Origin: Macrostomum hystrix | Lineage: Eukaryota; Animalia; Platyhelminthes | DNA length: 64,000 bases | NCBI GenBank assembly: GCA_950097015.1 | Contig: CATNEN010000003.1 | Location: 2,170,001-2,234,000, forward strand | Direction of reading: 5' to 3' | Shown here: positions 1 through 10,900 of the stretch, one piece after another | Position numbering within the stretch: position 1 is the stretch's first letter | Layout of the letters: each line of letters opens with the position of its first letter | Translations under genes and position numbers: made by a program | Notes under the pieces: model-generated | Database searches by the model: none | What the model saw: the letters and a program-made list of their open reading frames with translations, nothing else | Told to the model about the DNA's origin: nothing

Positions 1-2823
1 CCTTGTCCTTTTCCTTTCTTCTCTCCCCTTTAATAATAATTCGCACTCTGCACCGTTTGTTCTCTTCTTCCTATTGTGCATGTTTTCCCTTTTTCATCAA
101 AGCCGCCTTGGCCAAAATTCTCACACAAAAAAAAATTCTTATAATTTTAGCCAAAACCACAAAAATACACATAGTGGGGTGAAATTCCCCTGATACTTTT
201 TACATAAGATGCTTATCTAATTGTAGCAAACTAGGGTATGCACCTTCTTTTCTTAAAGAGCATTTTACTTTAATCGCACCACATCATGCATGGCACCTCT
301 GCCTTATCTTGTTCATGTTGGTGGGTCTGTGGGAGTTCAATTTAGGACAACTTCTAAATTAGGAGGGACACCAACCCGCTAAAGTGAGCGGGGTGGTATG
401 CCTTGGGAAATTCTATGCTTTCTTTAAGGGTGGGAAGGAGGTTTCAAATCAAAAAGGCCATCTCGGCGCCAAACCCGCTTAAAAACTCATATAAACTAAT
501 CAAAATCCAAAAACATATTTAGTGGGGTGAAACTCCCCTAGTACGAATTTTCGCATGAAATATTTTCGTAATAACTGCCGCAAACTAGGGTTCGCACCTA
601 CTTTTCGCAAACTTGCTTATCTTACATGTTCTCTATGCTTGGTTTCGGGAGTTTAGCTATGCCGGTTTCTATTTAGGGGGTATACCAACCCGCTAAAGTG
701 AGCGGGGTGGTATGTTTCGGGAGTTTTTCTTAATGTTTGTTTAAAGAGTGGGCGGTTGTAAATCAAGAAGCCGGTAGGGTCAGGTATTCAAATTCTAGGG
801 GAGACAATCTGGCTGTTTCAATGAGCGACAGATTTCAAAATGATAATTTTTCTTTTGTTAGGGCTAGAAAAGACAAGGAAACATTATTTAGGAGCCAGAA
901 GCTAGCAGCTGGGAGTACAAATCTAGGTACCTAGGTAGTAATAAATCGTATGAATTAAGGCTCCAGACGTTTCAAAAACTCATTAACAGTCTATCAGTTA
1001 GTTTTTTGGTTACTAGGCGGTTGTAAAACTTGAGCAGTAATGTTTCGTCTAGGAAAGAAGTCGGGTAAAGATAGTGAGTTCTATTTTTTTTGCATATTCA
1101 AATATTGCTGGCAGAAGGTCTTAAGTTGGCACATTTTATTTACAAGTCCAGAGCGGTAGCACCATGTTGTTGAAAAATTAGGCATAAGTCAGGTTAAAAA
1201 GAAAAGGAACATTTAGACAGGGCAGCGTTACGTGGCGTGGCCGGCCCAGGAATAGTAGTGAGCGCCAGGTTTTTCACAGTAGAAAGGCGATTACGGCCAG
1301 AGCCAGAGCGACAGCAAAGATGCCGGCCGCCAGAACCGCGCCCAGTGGGCCCCGGATGAAGCCAAGAGCGATGGCGGCGACATCTTCTTCGCGGCCCTCG
1401 GGCACGTTCATGTCTGCAGGAGTGGGGTGGAAGAGAGGGGTAGTTAGTCAATGGAGTCTCAAATAGCGAAGCGCGGATGGGATAGACGTACGGGAGTGTC
1501 GGCACATTAATGATTAGACTTACTCAGAATAATTGACATGCTGATGGGTTCGCCGGAGCTGGCCCGCCGCCGAGGTGGATTTAAAAATCCGGGTAGGTAG
1601 TCACTGAAAGAAGAAAGGGGGTAGTTATGACAGATAGCGACAGAATAGCGTGGGGATTCGCAATCTAAATAACTCTCAATTTAACCAATTGTTAACTAAG
1701 GGGGGGGGGTTTTCACCTTATTGGGTCGGGGTCAGTTTCAAATTTTGGGGATCAGTAGGCGTGCCGTGGGTGAAGGGAGACTCTGTTTATTCTAATTCTT
1801 ATGCAATAACCCTCGCAATAATCCTTAATAACCGGCCTTGGGGGCCGAGTAGAAGAAAAAACTCACCTTTCTCCGTCAGGTTGCTGCCGGGCCATTAGGT
1901 AGTCAGGACGTACGCGATTCACAAGGATGTCAGATTCAGTATGGCGGCAATTGCAGTCAGATTTATTTTTGTGTTTACGAGATAACAGGCTTGAGGTTAA
2001 TGGGGCGCCAAGTGTTTGCTTTTATAGGGCTAATTTAGGGAGACGTGGCGGTCTAACCGCCAGCCAATGGGAGCAAAGTGGGAATTCCGGGCAGAACCAG
2101 TTTAGGGGGCTCATGGTAACAGTTTAGTTGTTGGGGCCCTGACCTTTTCGGTGAGGAGACACCTCGGCCGGCAACAGCATCACAAGCGGCCTGAGCAGCG
2201 GTTTCCCCAGCTGCGACCAGCTGCAGCGCCGATTGGGCCGCGCGCAACGGCTAGGCAACCGGCCCGGCGAGCATTTTCGGGCCCGGCCAGCTGAAAACAC
2301 CTGGGCGCGCGGCGAATCAGAGGCTACCACGGCCCGGCAACGGAATCGGGAAGGCGCGAACGGACCAACCAACCCGGAGCCACCTGGGGAAGAGCACGGC
2401 CGGACCCTCGGACTTAAGGAGAAAACGGCCGGAGCCTCCCAGGATTGCGCAACCGAGACCAAGCCGGGCAAGGAAAGACGGGGACAGCTGCAGCCACCTG
2501 GAGGAGAAGGCGAGCCGGGACACGGCACCCCTGGGCAACGAGACCAACTTTAACTCAGCCGGAATGCGCACCCACCTCCCCTCAGGACTCTATCCCTTAG
2601 TCGCTAGGGGCGCCGACCTTTTACACTCTCGCACAAAATCTATTTATAGCAGTATTGTTACGTACGATAACCTAGGATTTCTTCTCTAGCGGTTTTTCTT
2701 CTTAGGATTCTTTACGGTATGCAGTAGGGTAATGTAAGTTTTTTTGCCCCCTCGATTCGCGGGACACCCCACTACTGACAGTAAGCACGTAAGTGCCTTA
2801 CGTGAAAGTGAGCGAAGGTGGAG
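1..2823 (+). mobile_element. 3' internal region of an LTR retrotransposon (family-1 LTR), running off the left edge of the window
   Basis: It abuts the LTR at 2824 through a purine-rich tract (GAAAGTGAGCGAAGGTGGAG|TGATG). Unlike the solo copies, this LTR has no TSD (ggag / ccat), so it is still attached to internal sequence. How far left the element extends is inferred. Confidence 0.6.
1274..1895 (-). CDS. Three-exon gene for an 82-aa protein with a C-terminal transmembrane helix (exons 1895-1867, 1603-1524, 1413-1274)
   Basis: Introns are GTGAGT...TTTCAG (1866-1604) and GTAAGT...CTGCAG (1523-1414, with a TGACTAAC branch point). The exon phases join into one ORF: MARQQPDGESDYLPGFLNPPRRRASSGEPISMSIILNMNVPEGREEDVAAIALGFIRGPLGAVLAAGIFAVALALAVIAFLL*. 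TATAAA lies at 2026-2021 and AATAAA at 1140-1135 on the same strand. Confidence 0.75.
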
Positions 2824-5160
2824 TGATGTGGAGTGTACTTCGGAATCGAGTGGGGTTGTGAGCCAGCCTAATTTTTTTCAATTTTTAGCAAGTCAATAAT
2901 CGCGACCCACATAGCAGCTGGCCGCAGAACACCATCATTAATCTTAGGGCCAGACATTGGGCGGAGGTGAATTAAGTAGCCGCCGATTCCCTTTGTCTCG
3001 GATCTGTCTAGTCCCCTGTAGGAGTGACTGATCGCGGAAATAGCAATACTGTATGGACTAGTTTAGGTTATAATTCCCCTCCAAACCGCGATCAGATTGT
3101 CGGGATCACTCATGCGTTTAGAGTGAGCTTTAATTCTTCATGTCCCTCTTCTTTACTGTAACCCGAGCCGAAGCTCGATTATGACCTTTCCCCCTTTTGA
3201 TACATGTAACGACACTATAGGCAGGTCGGCGCCTGCGCTTCCCATATCCCGGCGGGATCACAATCATTGGCCGACTGCCGGCAGACGCTCCTAGTGGGGC
3301 ATCTGGCGATTCTCGCCGCCGCTTCAGTGGGCAATTGGGGTGGCATTATGCCGACCCGATTCCTCGCTGACAGGCCGGCGAGCATGTGGGTTATTTTGAT
3401 GAATGCGAGGTTGGCGGAGCTGCAGGACTATTTAAGAGAGCGCGCTGCGCTGCCCCTAGAACAACCTACCTTCCACCGACCTTCCCCCGGACCTACGTGT
3501 CCACCCTTACAACCTTTTTCCCTTGTCCGGTCCCGGAACTCGGTCCGTGGACTCTCCCCCTTCTAGGCTAGCACCTAGTCCCTGAGCCTAAGGCTCCAGA
3601 TCATAGCAGCAGGCAACTACCTGCTAGTGCCCTTAAGCGCAAGCCACCTCCTTAGGTGCGCTCCAAATTGAGCCTTGAGCTCCCTGCAGTCTGGCCCCTT
3701 GCCAACTGTACTCAGCAATCCCTCACCTTTTCTCCCGTTCATTTGCATTCCCCCGCGAGATCGACGACCTGCAGCCTGTCAACCAGCGTAGTCAGATAAG
3801 TAACCCGCGCAGCGGACTGTTATTGCTATCCCTAAGGGATTTACTATTTAGCTAGTGGGTAAAAGGGCAAGGGCAGGGATTTGATTTAGCCTAATAAAAC
3901 TATTAATTCACAACTCATCTAACTTATTGGGCATTTTAATAACAACTTAAATCCTTTTTACTATGCATTTCACTTTCTCTTATTTTATCGTTAGACAGCC
4001 CTCGATCATGAGTGGCTAACTTATTAGGGGGATGGGCTCTGGTGATGCCTAGCTGAAAGCTGCGGCAGGAGGATAACTGTGAGCGCGCATGGAAGTAATA
4101 AGGAGCTAGGGATTTGCGAGTAATATGCGGAGCGTAGCATGTGTTTCTCTGCTAGGGGTGGGGGAATTCCTTGGCGGGTTTTTCCTCTCTTTCTGGCAGA
4201 TCAAGGAGTGCGTGTCAACCTCCCTTGTCAATGAATGTTTCCCTTCTGTTCCCCGCCTCTCGCTGCCGCCGCCATGGGAGCGAGGGGTGTGATCTAATAA
4301 TCACCGCTTGCATAATCACTCAGCCAGTGTTCTGCTCAATCTCTCCTGCCTCTGATTTCCTCATCTCACACAGATTCGGATTTGCTAGTTATTTAATGTG
4401 TAGGCTGCAATCTAATGTATGGAATGTGTCTAATGTCTCATGAGTAGGATTCTGGCTATGGATTTCTCATTCGGGTTCGGAGTACCACCTTTCTAGACCA
4501 CTGTAGCGCAGTTTCAGGAATCCCCTTGTGAGGCGTGACTCGATCCATTCTGGGGTTCTCACCCTAGTCTAAAACGGAAGTTACAGAATGCTCTATTTTT
4601 CGGCTTGTCTAAGATCTGTGTGACAAACTGGGAGCTGCGAGCTCCGGGGACCCAAGTTCCCAAATGTCTGCGGTGGCGACGCAGGCGCATTGGGTGGTGG
4701 CGCTACCTTCGATCATTATCCGCTTTGCCGATAGCCTTTCCGCATTTCTAAGACAAGAGCCTAGGCCGAGTCGACCACTGCTACCAAAGTTAGGAGTCAG
4801 TTACGAACATGCTACTGATGACAGTAGGCTATCTAGCCCTGTCCTATTCGCTTGCGGGTAGTCCGACATCTATTTAGACTTTTAGCCGGTTTCGAGCACT
4901 GCTTGGGGTGGGCACGGCAGTCATGCCTGTGGCCTATGGGTTGGGTGGGACTGGCCAGCCTGAGGCCAATAGGACCACTCACTTGCATCCTTTGTACCGC
5001 CTCATCTCTCCCTTCATCTCTCCCTTCATCCCTCCCTTCGTCATCCCTCTCTGCGACAACTCGCGGCAGCAGCGATCGACCTCCGACTCTATCGTCGTTT
5101 TCCACACTCCTATCTTTCATGAGGGCGGTCATCGGCTAGCAAAAGACCCGAACTATTTCA
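2824..5160 (+). mobile_element. Family-1 LTR (~2.3 kb), 3' LTR of the element at left
   Basis: Ends are TGATGTGG...ATTTCA, collinear with the copies at 13133, 28641 and 50140. TATTTAA near 3429 and AATAAA near 3893. Confidence 0.9.
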
Positions 5161-5856
5161 CCATGTGAAATAACTGTGCACTTTAAGCAATGTTTAACAC
5201 AACTTTTACACAACATAGCTAGTTAATATTAAGTTTTATGTTAAGAAAATCATGCAGTGCACCAGATAAAGCATACAATGGAGCTGTTCGGAGTGTTGGA
5301 AAGAAGTAATTGGTACTATATCAAACTATAAATTGGTAGTGACTATTTCTCTGGTGTATCTTCTATAGGCTTAATGCAAAGCAAGAACCATTAATACTAA
5401 AAATCTAATTTCACTGCATTCTTTTGGGGACAAACCCTGTCCAATCTATTGATTTCATTGGTAGAGTTTTGTATTTACATTTTGGGGCAAAGGAAGTTAA
5501 TAAATATAAAAATGGTTTAAATCAAATAAATCTAGCCAGACAAATAGCCACTACCAAATACATTTCTAAAATAAAATGAATATAAAAGTTATGTTATATG
5601 TATCATTAAACACATTGTGGTAATTTCTACTATAAAGTGCAAGTCAACTTTATCATGGCAAATTCATGCCATGGTGGGACCAATGAATATCACTGGAAAA
5701 AATAGTTTATGGATATAGTGATAGATCAATGAATTACATTAATTCAGAGTCTTAGATTGATAATGGCTAAAACAGTATCATTAATAATTGATGAACTAAT
5801 CATTGAATTATATATTGTATATATATTGAAATCTTGGGTATAATTGTATATATATA

Positions 5857-6522
5857 TGTTGTACCTGTGGTAGCGTGGCACACACAATTGGTAAATGACC
5901 AAGACAGGACACTGGATTCAGCGAGGATTTTACCGGCCTCACACGCAGATGCTTCCTAGCAGAGGAACAATCCGGTAGTCAGGCTTCAATTGCTAAGTTT
6001 CCTCGGGATCTTTCGTATCACTCTAAGACTTCCTCGTCTTGGAACTCTGCCCTGAGTCTGGCGGTATACCTTGCTTCTAAATGCGATATACGGCCAAGCT
6101 CTCAATAATTTGCAGAAGTTACAAGTTTGAATTCTTACTCCGTTTGCAATAAGAGGCAAATGTGAGTGAACACAAAACGCATGAAGAAAAGAAGACAGAA
6201 TAGTGCCATCAATATAAAGAAATGGTGCTACCATGATAACAACACCATCTCAAGGATTCGTCGGACTGTGCTCTACTTATAGTAGAGCATTTGAGCGTTG
6301 TTCTGCCAGCCTTCTTCCGAACTTAAGCGATTGCACCATGGTGTGCAATGTGACTCAGTGCGCAGACAGAGCTGGAAAGAGAGAGAGAGAGAGCGGAGGG
6401 GGTGGCGAGCGGAGGTGACAGTGCACGGGAAACACTAACTACCCACCCTAGCCCTCCCACAGACCTAGAACAGCCTGACTGACAGATTGCCTGGAGGCTG
6501 CTCAGCAGTCTACAGCACATCA
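5857..6522 (-). repeat. 3' LTR of Gypsy A (666 bp)
   Basis: TG...CA ends. It matches the 5' LTR remnant 12199-12451 and a diverged copy at 40086-40764. Confidence 0.9.
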
Positions 6523-6950
6523 CTCTCCTCCAGCTAAAGGATGACGGTCAACACCGGCTGGCCGTCAGCCGCACTTAATCCAAAATCAGGTAAGCACTTT
6601 GTATTTATTCCTTCCATCATGGCGCACCAAATTAGAAAAACAACTATAACTAATAACCAGCATAGTAGCTACAAAATGGAGCACACATAACACCGAAATC
6701 TTGTCACAATGTCGCGAGGCGCACAAAAAAGAGGTCACCATGCGCACCAGTGCACCAACAACCTTGCAGCTAAGACATGAGCACTTAAGCAGAAAATAAA
6801 AACAGCTGGCAATAACAAGGAACCGCATAACAAACAGTAGATTGTGTTTTTACTACTTCAACGAGATCCATGATCTGGATAACAATGATGCTCTTGTTTT
6901 ATAACCTGGATAAAATAACAAACACACAGGTCAGATCGCCCGACTTTGGT

Positions 6951-7856
6951 TCACGGAGCTTGGGCCATCCTCATCAGGGCTTCTGGCAGCCACCATTCTT
7001 CCACTAGTTCGATCGCCACTTGCCCGAAGCGTGCTAGTAGCAAGTGTGGCGCCATCGCCGGTCCGCCGACCAATACTTCGGCCCTGGCTGCCGCTTCGTG
7101 GGCCATCTCTCTGCGTGTGGCCTTGTCTTCACTGGCGAAGGCTTGGTGGACCTCTGCCGGCCACCCGTCGTCCTGTTCGCCTCGTGCCGCCCTCGCCAAA
7201 GCCTGTGCTACCTCGAAGACAGCGTGCTGCCGAGCTGGTGTCCGCAGACCCCACTGTGCCCGTCGCTGCCTTCGGCGTTGGGCGCCGCCTCGCCGTCTTC
7301 TCGGCCTGACACCTGCCTCCGCCTCCCCTGGGCTATCACTAGAGGTTGAGGCCTGGGGTGGCAGCCATAGCTGTGGTGGCGGTGCCGCTGGCCCTTCGGC
7401 TACTGGCAACTCCTCAGGCGAATCCGGGTCGGATAACCCTTCATCTTCTGAGGGCATGCCCTCTAGTAGCGCTGCCCACAGATCTTCTTGTGGGTCAACT
7501 TGGGCCTCGTTTGACCCACTACTGCTGGAGCTAGAGACAGGCCTCCGTACCTGGACGCTGGCCTCTGTCGTGGTAGGAGCCACTTGCACCGCCTTACATT
7601 TCTTTTTGGGTGGCGCATTTTCTGCCTCACTAGCCGGTCGTTTGAGTAACTGCTGCGAACGGGGGAGTGAGGGCATGAACTTTTTGTGCCAATCCGGCGG
7701 GCGCTGACCCAGTGGAAAGGGCGCACCTCTGCCAAATTGACCCCTTAAAATCTCTATTCTTACCTCTAACGGCGCACCCACTCTGCGGACGCTGCCCATC
7801 AGGCGGGGACGCGTCGGCTGTCTTCCTTCTGGCGCATCATTTTCTTTGTTCTCCAT
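6951..7856 (-). CDS. Accessory ORF3 of Gypsy A (301 aa, unknown function, not env-like)
   Basis: ATG-initiated ORF starting 77 bp after the pol stop. It has an NLS-like PPKKKCK and shares motifs (R-x-EILR-x-Q, R-x-PARQH, L-x-x-FG) with the ORF at 58483-59843. Confidence 0.75.
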   Translation of the reverse strand: MENKENDAPEGRQPTRPRLMGSVRRVGAPLEVRIEILRGQFGRGAPFPLGQRPPDWHKKFMPSLPRSQQLLKRPASEAENAPPKKKCKAVQVAPTTTEASVQVRRPVSSSSSSGSNEAQVDPQEDLWAALLEGMPSEDEGLSDPDSPEELPVAEGPAAPPPQLWLPPQASTSSDSPGEAEAGVRPRRRRGGAQRRRQRRAQWGLRTPARQHAVFEVAQALARAARGEQDDGWPAEVHQAFASEDKATRREMAHEAAARAEVLVGGPAMAPHLLLARFGQVAIELVEEWWLPEALMRMAQAP

Positions 7857-7932
7857 CTTTTCCCTTTTTGCTTTCGCTACTTATTATTCTATCTCTCTGA
7901 GGCGTCTTCTCCGAGTAGATTCGGACAGGAGA

Positions 7933-10900
7933 TCACTGAAACATCGTAGGTAGGCCATACATCGCTCTGATGAAATAGGATTTCCTGCTAGGATCGACCT
8001 GCAATCTCTCAGGCTCTCGCCTTTCTCTCTGCGGCCTCTGCCGCGGCTCCCGATCCCTAGCGTCACCCATCTGAGCAGCCTCACCTACTTCTCTGGCCCT
8101 GTCACCTTCTGCAATCTCCCCGTGCACAGAGGATGGGATAGGGGGCAGGGTTGGAGAGGGCAACGGACTGTCCGACGGCAGGACAACCACATCACCGCAC
8201 GCTTCCCCCGCCTCTTCTCCTTTGCAGATCTCCGTGTCGGCCAGGTCATGGAGATTCGGCCTGGAGACAGCTCGTGGTCGCAGGTGCCACCTTCGAGCGC
8301 TCCACAGGCCGATCTCGTCGTCGTCGTCGCCGTCGTTATCGCTGTCGGCAGGCTCACCGGCCGCGTCAGCTGCTGGAGGGCTACCCTTGGGTGGCCTTCC
8401 GAGCTTCCGCCGTGCCGGGCTCGCCTCCTCCGTCCTGTCGCATATTGAGGCCGGTACCGGGAGCAGGTTGCGCCGGTGGACTACCAGCACCTGCTTCCTG
8501 GCCTTCCTGGTGTTGCCGTGTCGCCTGATCTTGTACACCGTCTCGCCCTTACACTCGAGCACTACGTAGACCGATTGTCTAGGCCGATGGAATTTGCTGA
8601 TCTCACCGGATTCGACCACCGGGTTGTTGAGCAGGACCAGCTGGCCTGGGCGGAGTGGTCTCGCCTGCGGTCTTTCTTGATAGTGCTCTTCTCGCAGCAC
8701 CTGGTACCTCTCGAGCTTGTCCCGGGCACAATTGACCGCCTGGTCTATGCGCTCCTGGAAATGTCGGAGATAATCTGGCAGGTCTGCGTATTCGGCTAAC
8801 GCAGTCAACGTGTTGTCGACGGGCAGCCGGTACTCCCGTCCGAAGACCAGGAAGTACGGCGTGTACCCGGTCACAGGGTGGACACTGGTGCGCAACGCGA
8901 TTAAGCACGCGGGCAGCATCAGGTCCCAATCCCTGTGATCTTTTTCCAACAAACACGTGAGCACTGACTTGATTTGGCGATTCAGGTTTTCGACCTGGCC
9001 ATTGCTGGCCGGGTTATAGGGACACGTGTGCGTATGACGGATGCCATACAGCTTGCAGAAGTCCTCAAACTCTGCACTCATAAAGTTCGTCCCCTGGTCC
9101 ATGTGCAACCAGGCTGGTGCACCGTACTCGGGAATGAACCTATCCAGCAGCAGTTTGATCACGGTTTTAGTCTTCTGGTTTCGCATCGGATAGGCAAACG
9201 GGTACTTCGATGTTGCATCACACAGGGTGAGGATGTACCGATGTCCTCGGGCACTTGGTTGAGACAACGGCCCGATTACGTCGGCGTGCACCCTTCCCAA
9301 AACCTCACACACTGGAAAGCTCTGCGGTGGGACTATCTCCTTCCGCCTTGACTTGCTCTCCAGGCATGTCCTGCAACGTGCCACGTACCCCGTCGCCTCC
9401 GACCAGAGACCGGGTCTCCAGAACCTGTCTCTAACTCTCTGCACTGTCTTGGACTGGCCGAGATGACCCGCCAGGGGTGAGTCATGCAAGGCCTCAAAGA
9501 CACGCGAGTCTAACGCTTTCGGTAGCACTGGTCGCGGCGGCCGGTTGTCATCAAAGTCTATGACGAGCAACCCGTCGCGCACCTCCAGCTCCTCAAATGC
9601 ACCCAGGAGGTCTCTGACCTCTTTCGGCATCTGGAGTCGCTGATCGAACCTGGGCTTTTCTCTTCCTGACAGCTTCAGTTCCGTCAGGTACCTGATTGCT
9701 GGGTCTTGGTGCTGGGCTTCTAGCAACTCGACCTGGCTAACCGGCACCTTCAGGAACTCTGTCACCACTGCTCTTACCGGAGGCAGCTCTCCACTGTCCT
9801 TGTCCTCCTTGTCCTTGGACCCAGGAGCCCTGGCAGCAGGGGGTGTCCTTGACAGGCGAGACTGGTCGCAACGAGTCTGACAACTCCCCTCCACCTCTGC
9901 TCCCTGTCCCACGGAGGGACCAACAGTCGGCAGGCAGGACTGGCTGCAACGAGCTAACTGCTGATCCTCCTGACCCGAGGACCTTGACACAGCGGGATCA
10001 GTCGCTCGCAGGCAGGACTGGCTGCAACGAGCCAGCGACTTCTCCCCTGTTTCTGAGAACTCCTCGACAGTAGGACTCGGCGTCTGCAGGCAGGACTGGC
10101 TGCAACGAGCGGACACCTCCTCTGTCTCCGGACACACCAGAGGCTCTGGATCTGGCGCCTGCAGGCAGGACTGGCTGCAACGAGTGGGCACCTTCTCCTT
10201 TACCTCTGAGCCTTCCGCCACCACCTGAGTCTGCACCTGTGCCTTGGCATCACAGCCCCGCACCCAGTGCTCCTCCCTTGTGGCTCCCTGGCTCCAGCTA
10301 CCTTCAGTAGCTACCGTCTGCACGGCGGCATCCACAGTCTGCAGGCAGAACTGGCTGCAACGAGCAGACTGCGGAGCCCCGTAGACAGGTGCTTCCCGCC
10401 TCAAAGGTTGGCCTGCGGTCGTGTCTTCCTGACACCCTTGCAGCACCGCCTTGTCTTGGCGCACCTCGACAGGCTCCAGGACCGGCTCTTTCACCAGTCC
10501 TTCAGACACAGCTGCTCCACTTCCTGATCGGCCGTCCATGACCTGAGCCTTGGGTTTCACAGCTCGCAGTGGTTCTGCGGCTCCTGTGATTTCACCCTGT
10601 TCATTGCCCCTTTCCTGTCCCTCCTCCAGCTGACTCGAAAATTGGCGGGTGCAAGCACTCGCACCGAACTGGTTGTGGGGCGTTAATACCCCAAAAGAAC
10701 AATTGACCGGATTATCCGGCTTCCTCGACATCGAGTCAGCATTTTGGTGAGACTTTCCAGGACGATGAACGATGGTGAAATCAAACTCACTCATTCTCTC
10801 AACCCAACGGCCCAAGATGCCTGTCGCCTCAGTCTGATGCATGAGCCACAGCAGGGCCTTGTGGTCAGACCGGACGACAAACTTCTTACCCACCAGGAAG

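Noticed and set aside
1194-1505. 103-aa minus-strand ORF from the track
   Set aside because: It begins inside the predicted intron and reads exon 3 of the small spliced gene in the wrong frame.
4815-4850. Hammerhead in the family-1 LTR (CTGATGA plus stem)
   Set aside because: No GAAA follows the stem, and the motif is CTGACGG in another copy.
6946-7707. 253-aa plus-strand ORF, and the many other ORFs overlapping pol and LINE genes
   Set aside because: These are antisense shadows of GC-rich coding sequence, mostly with non-ATG starts and no motifs.
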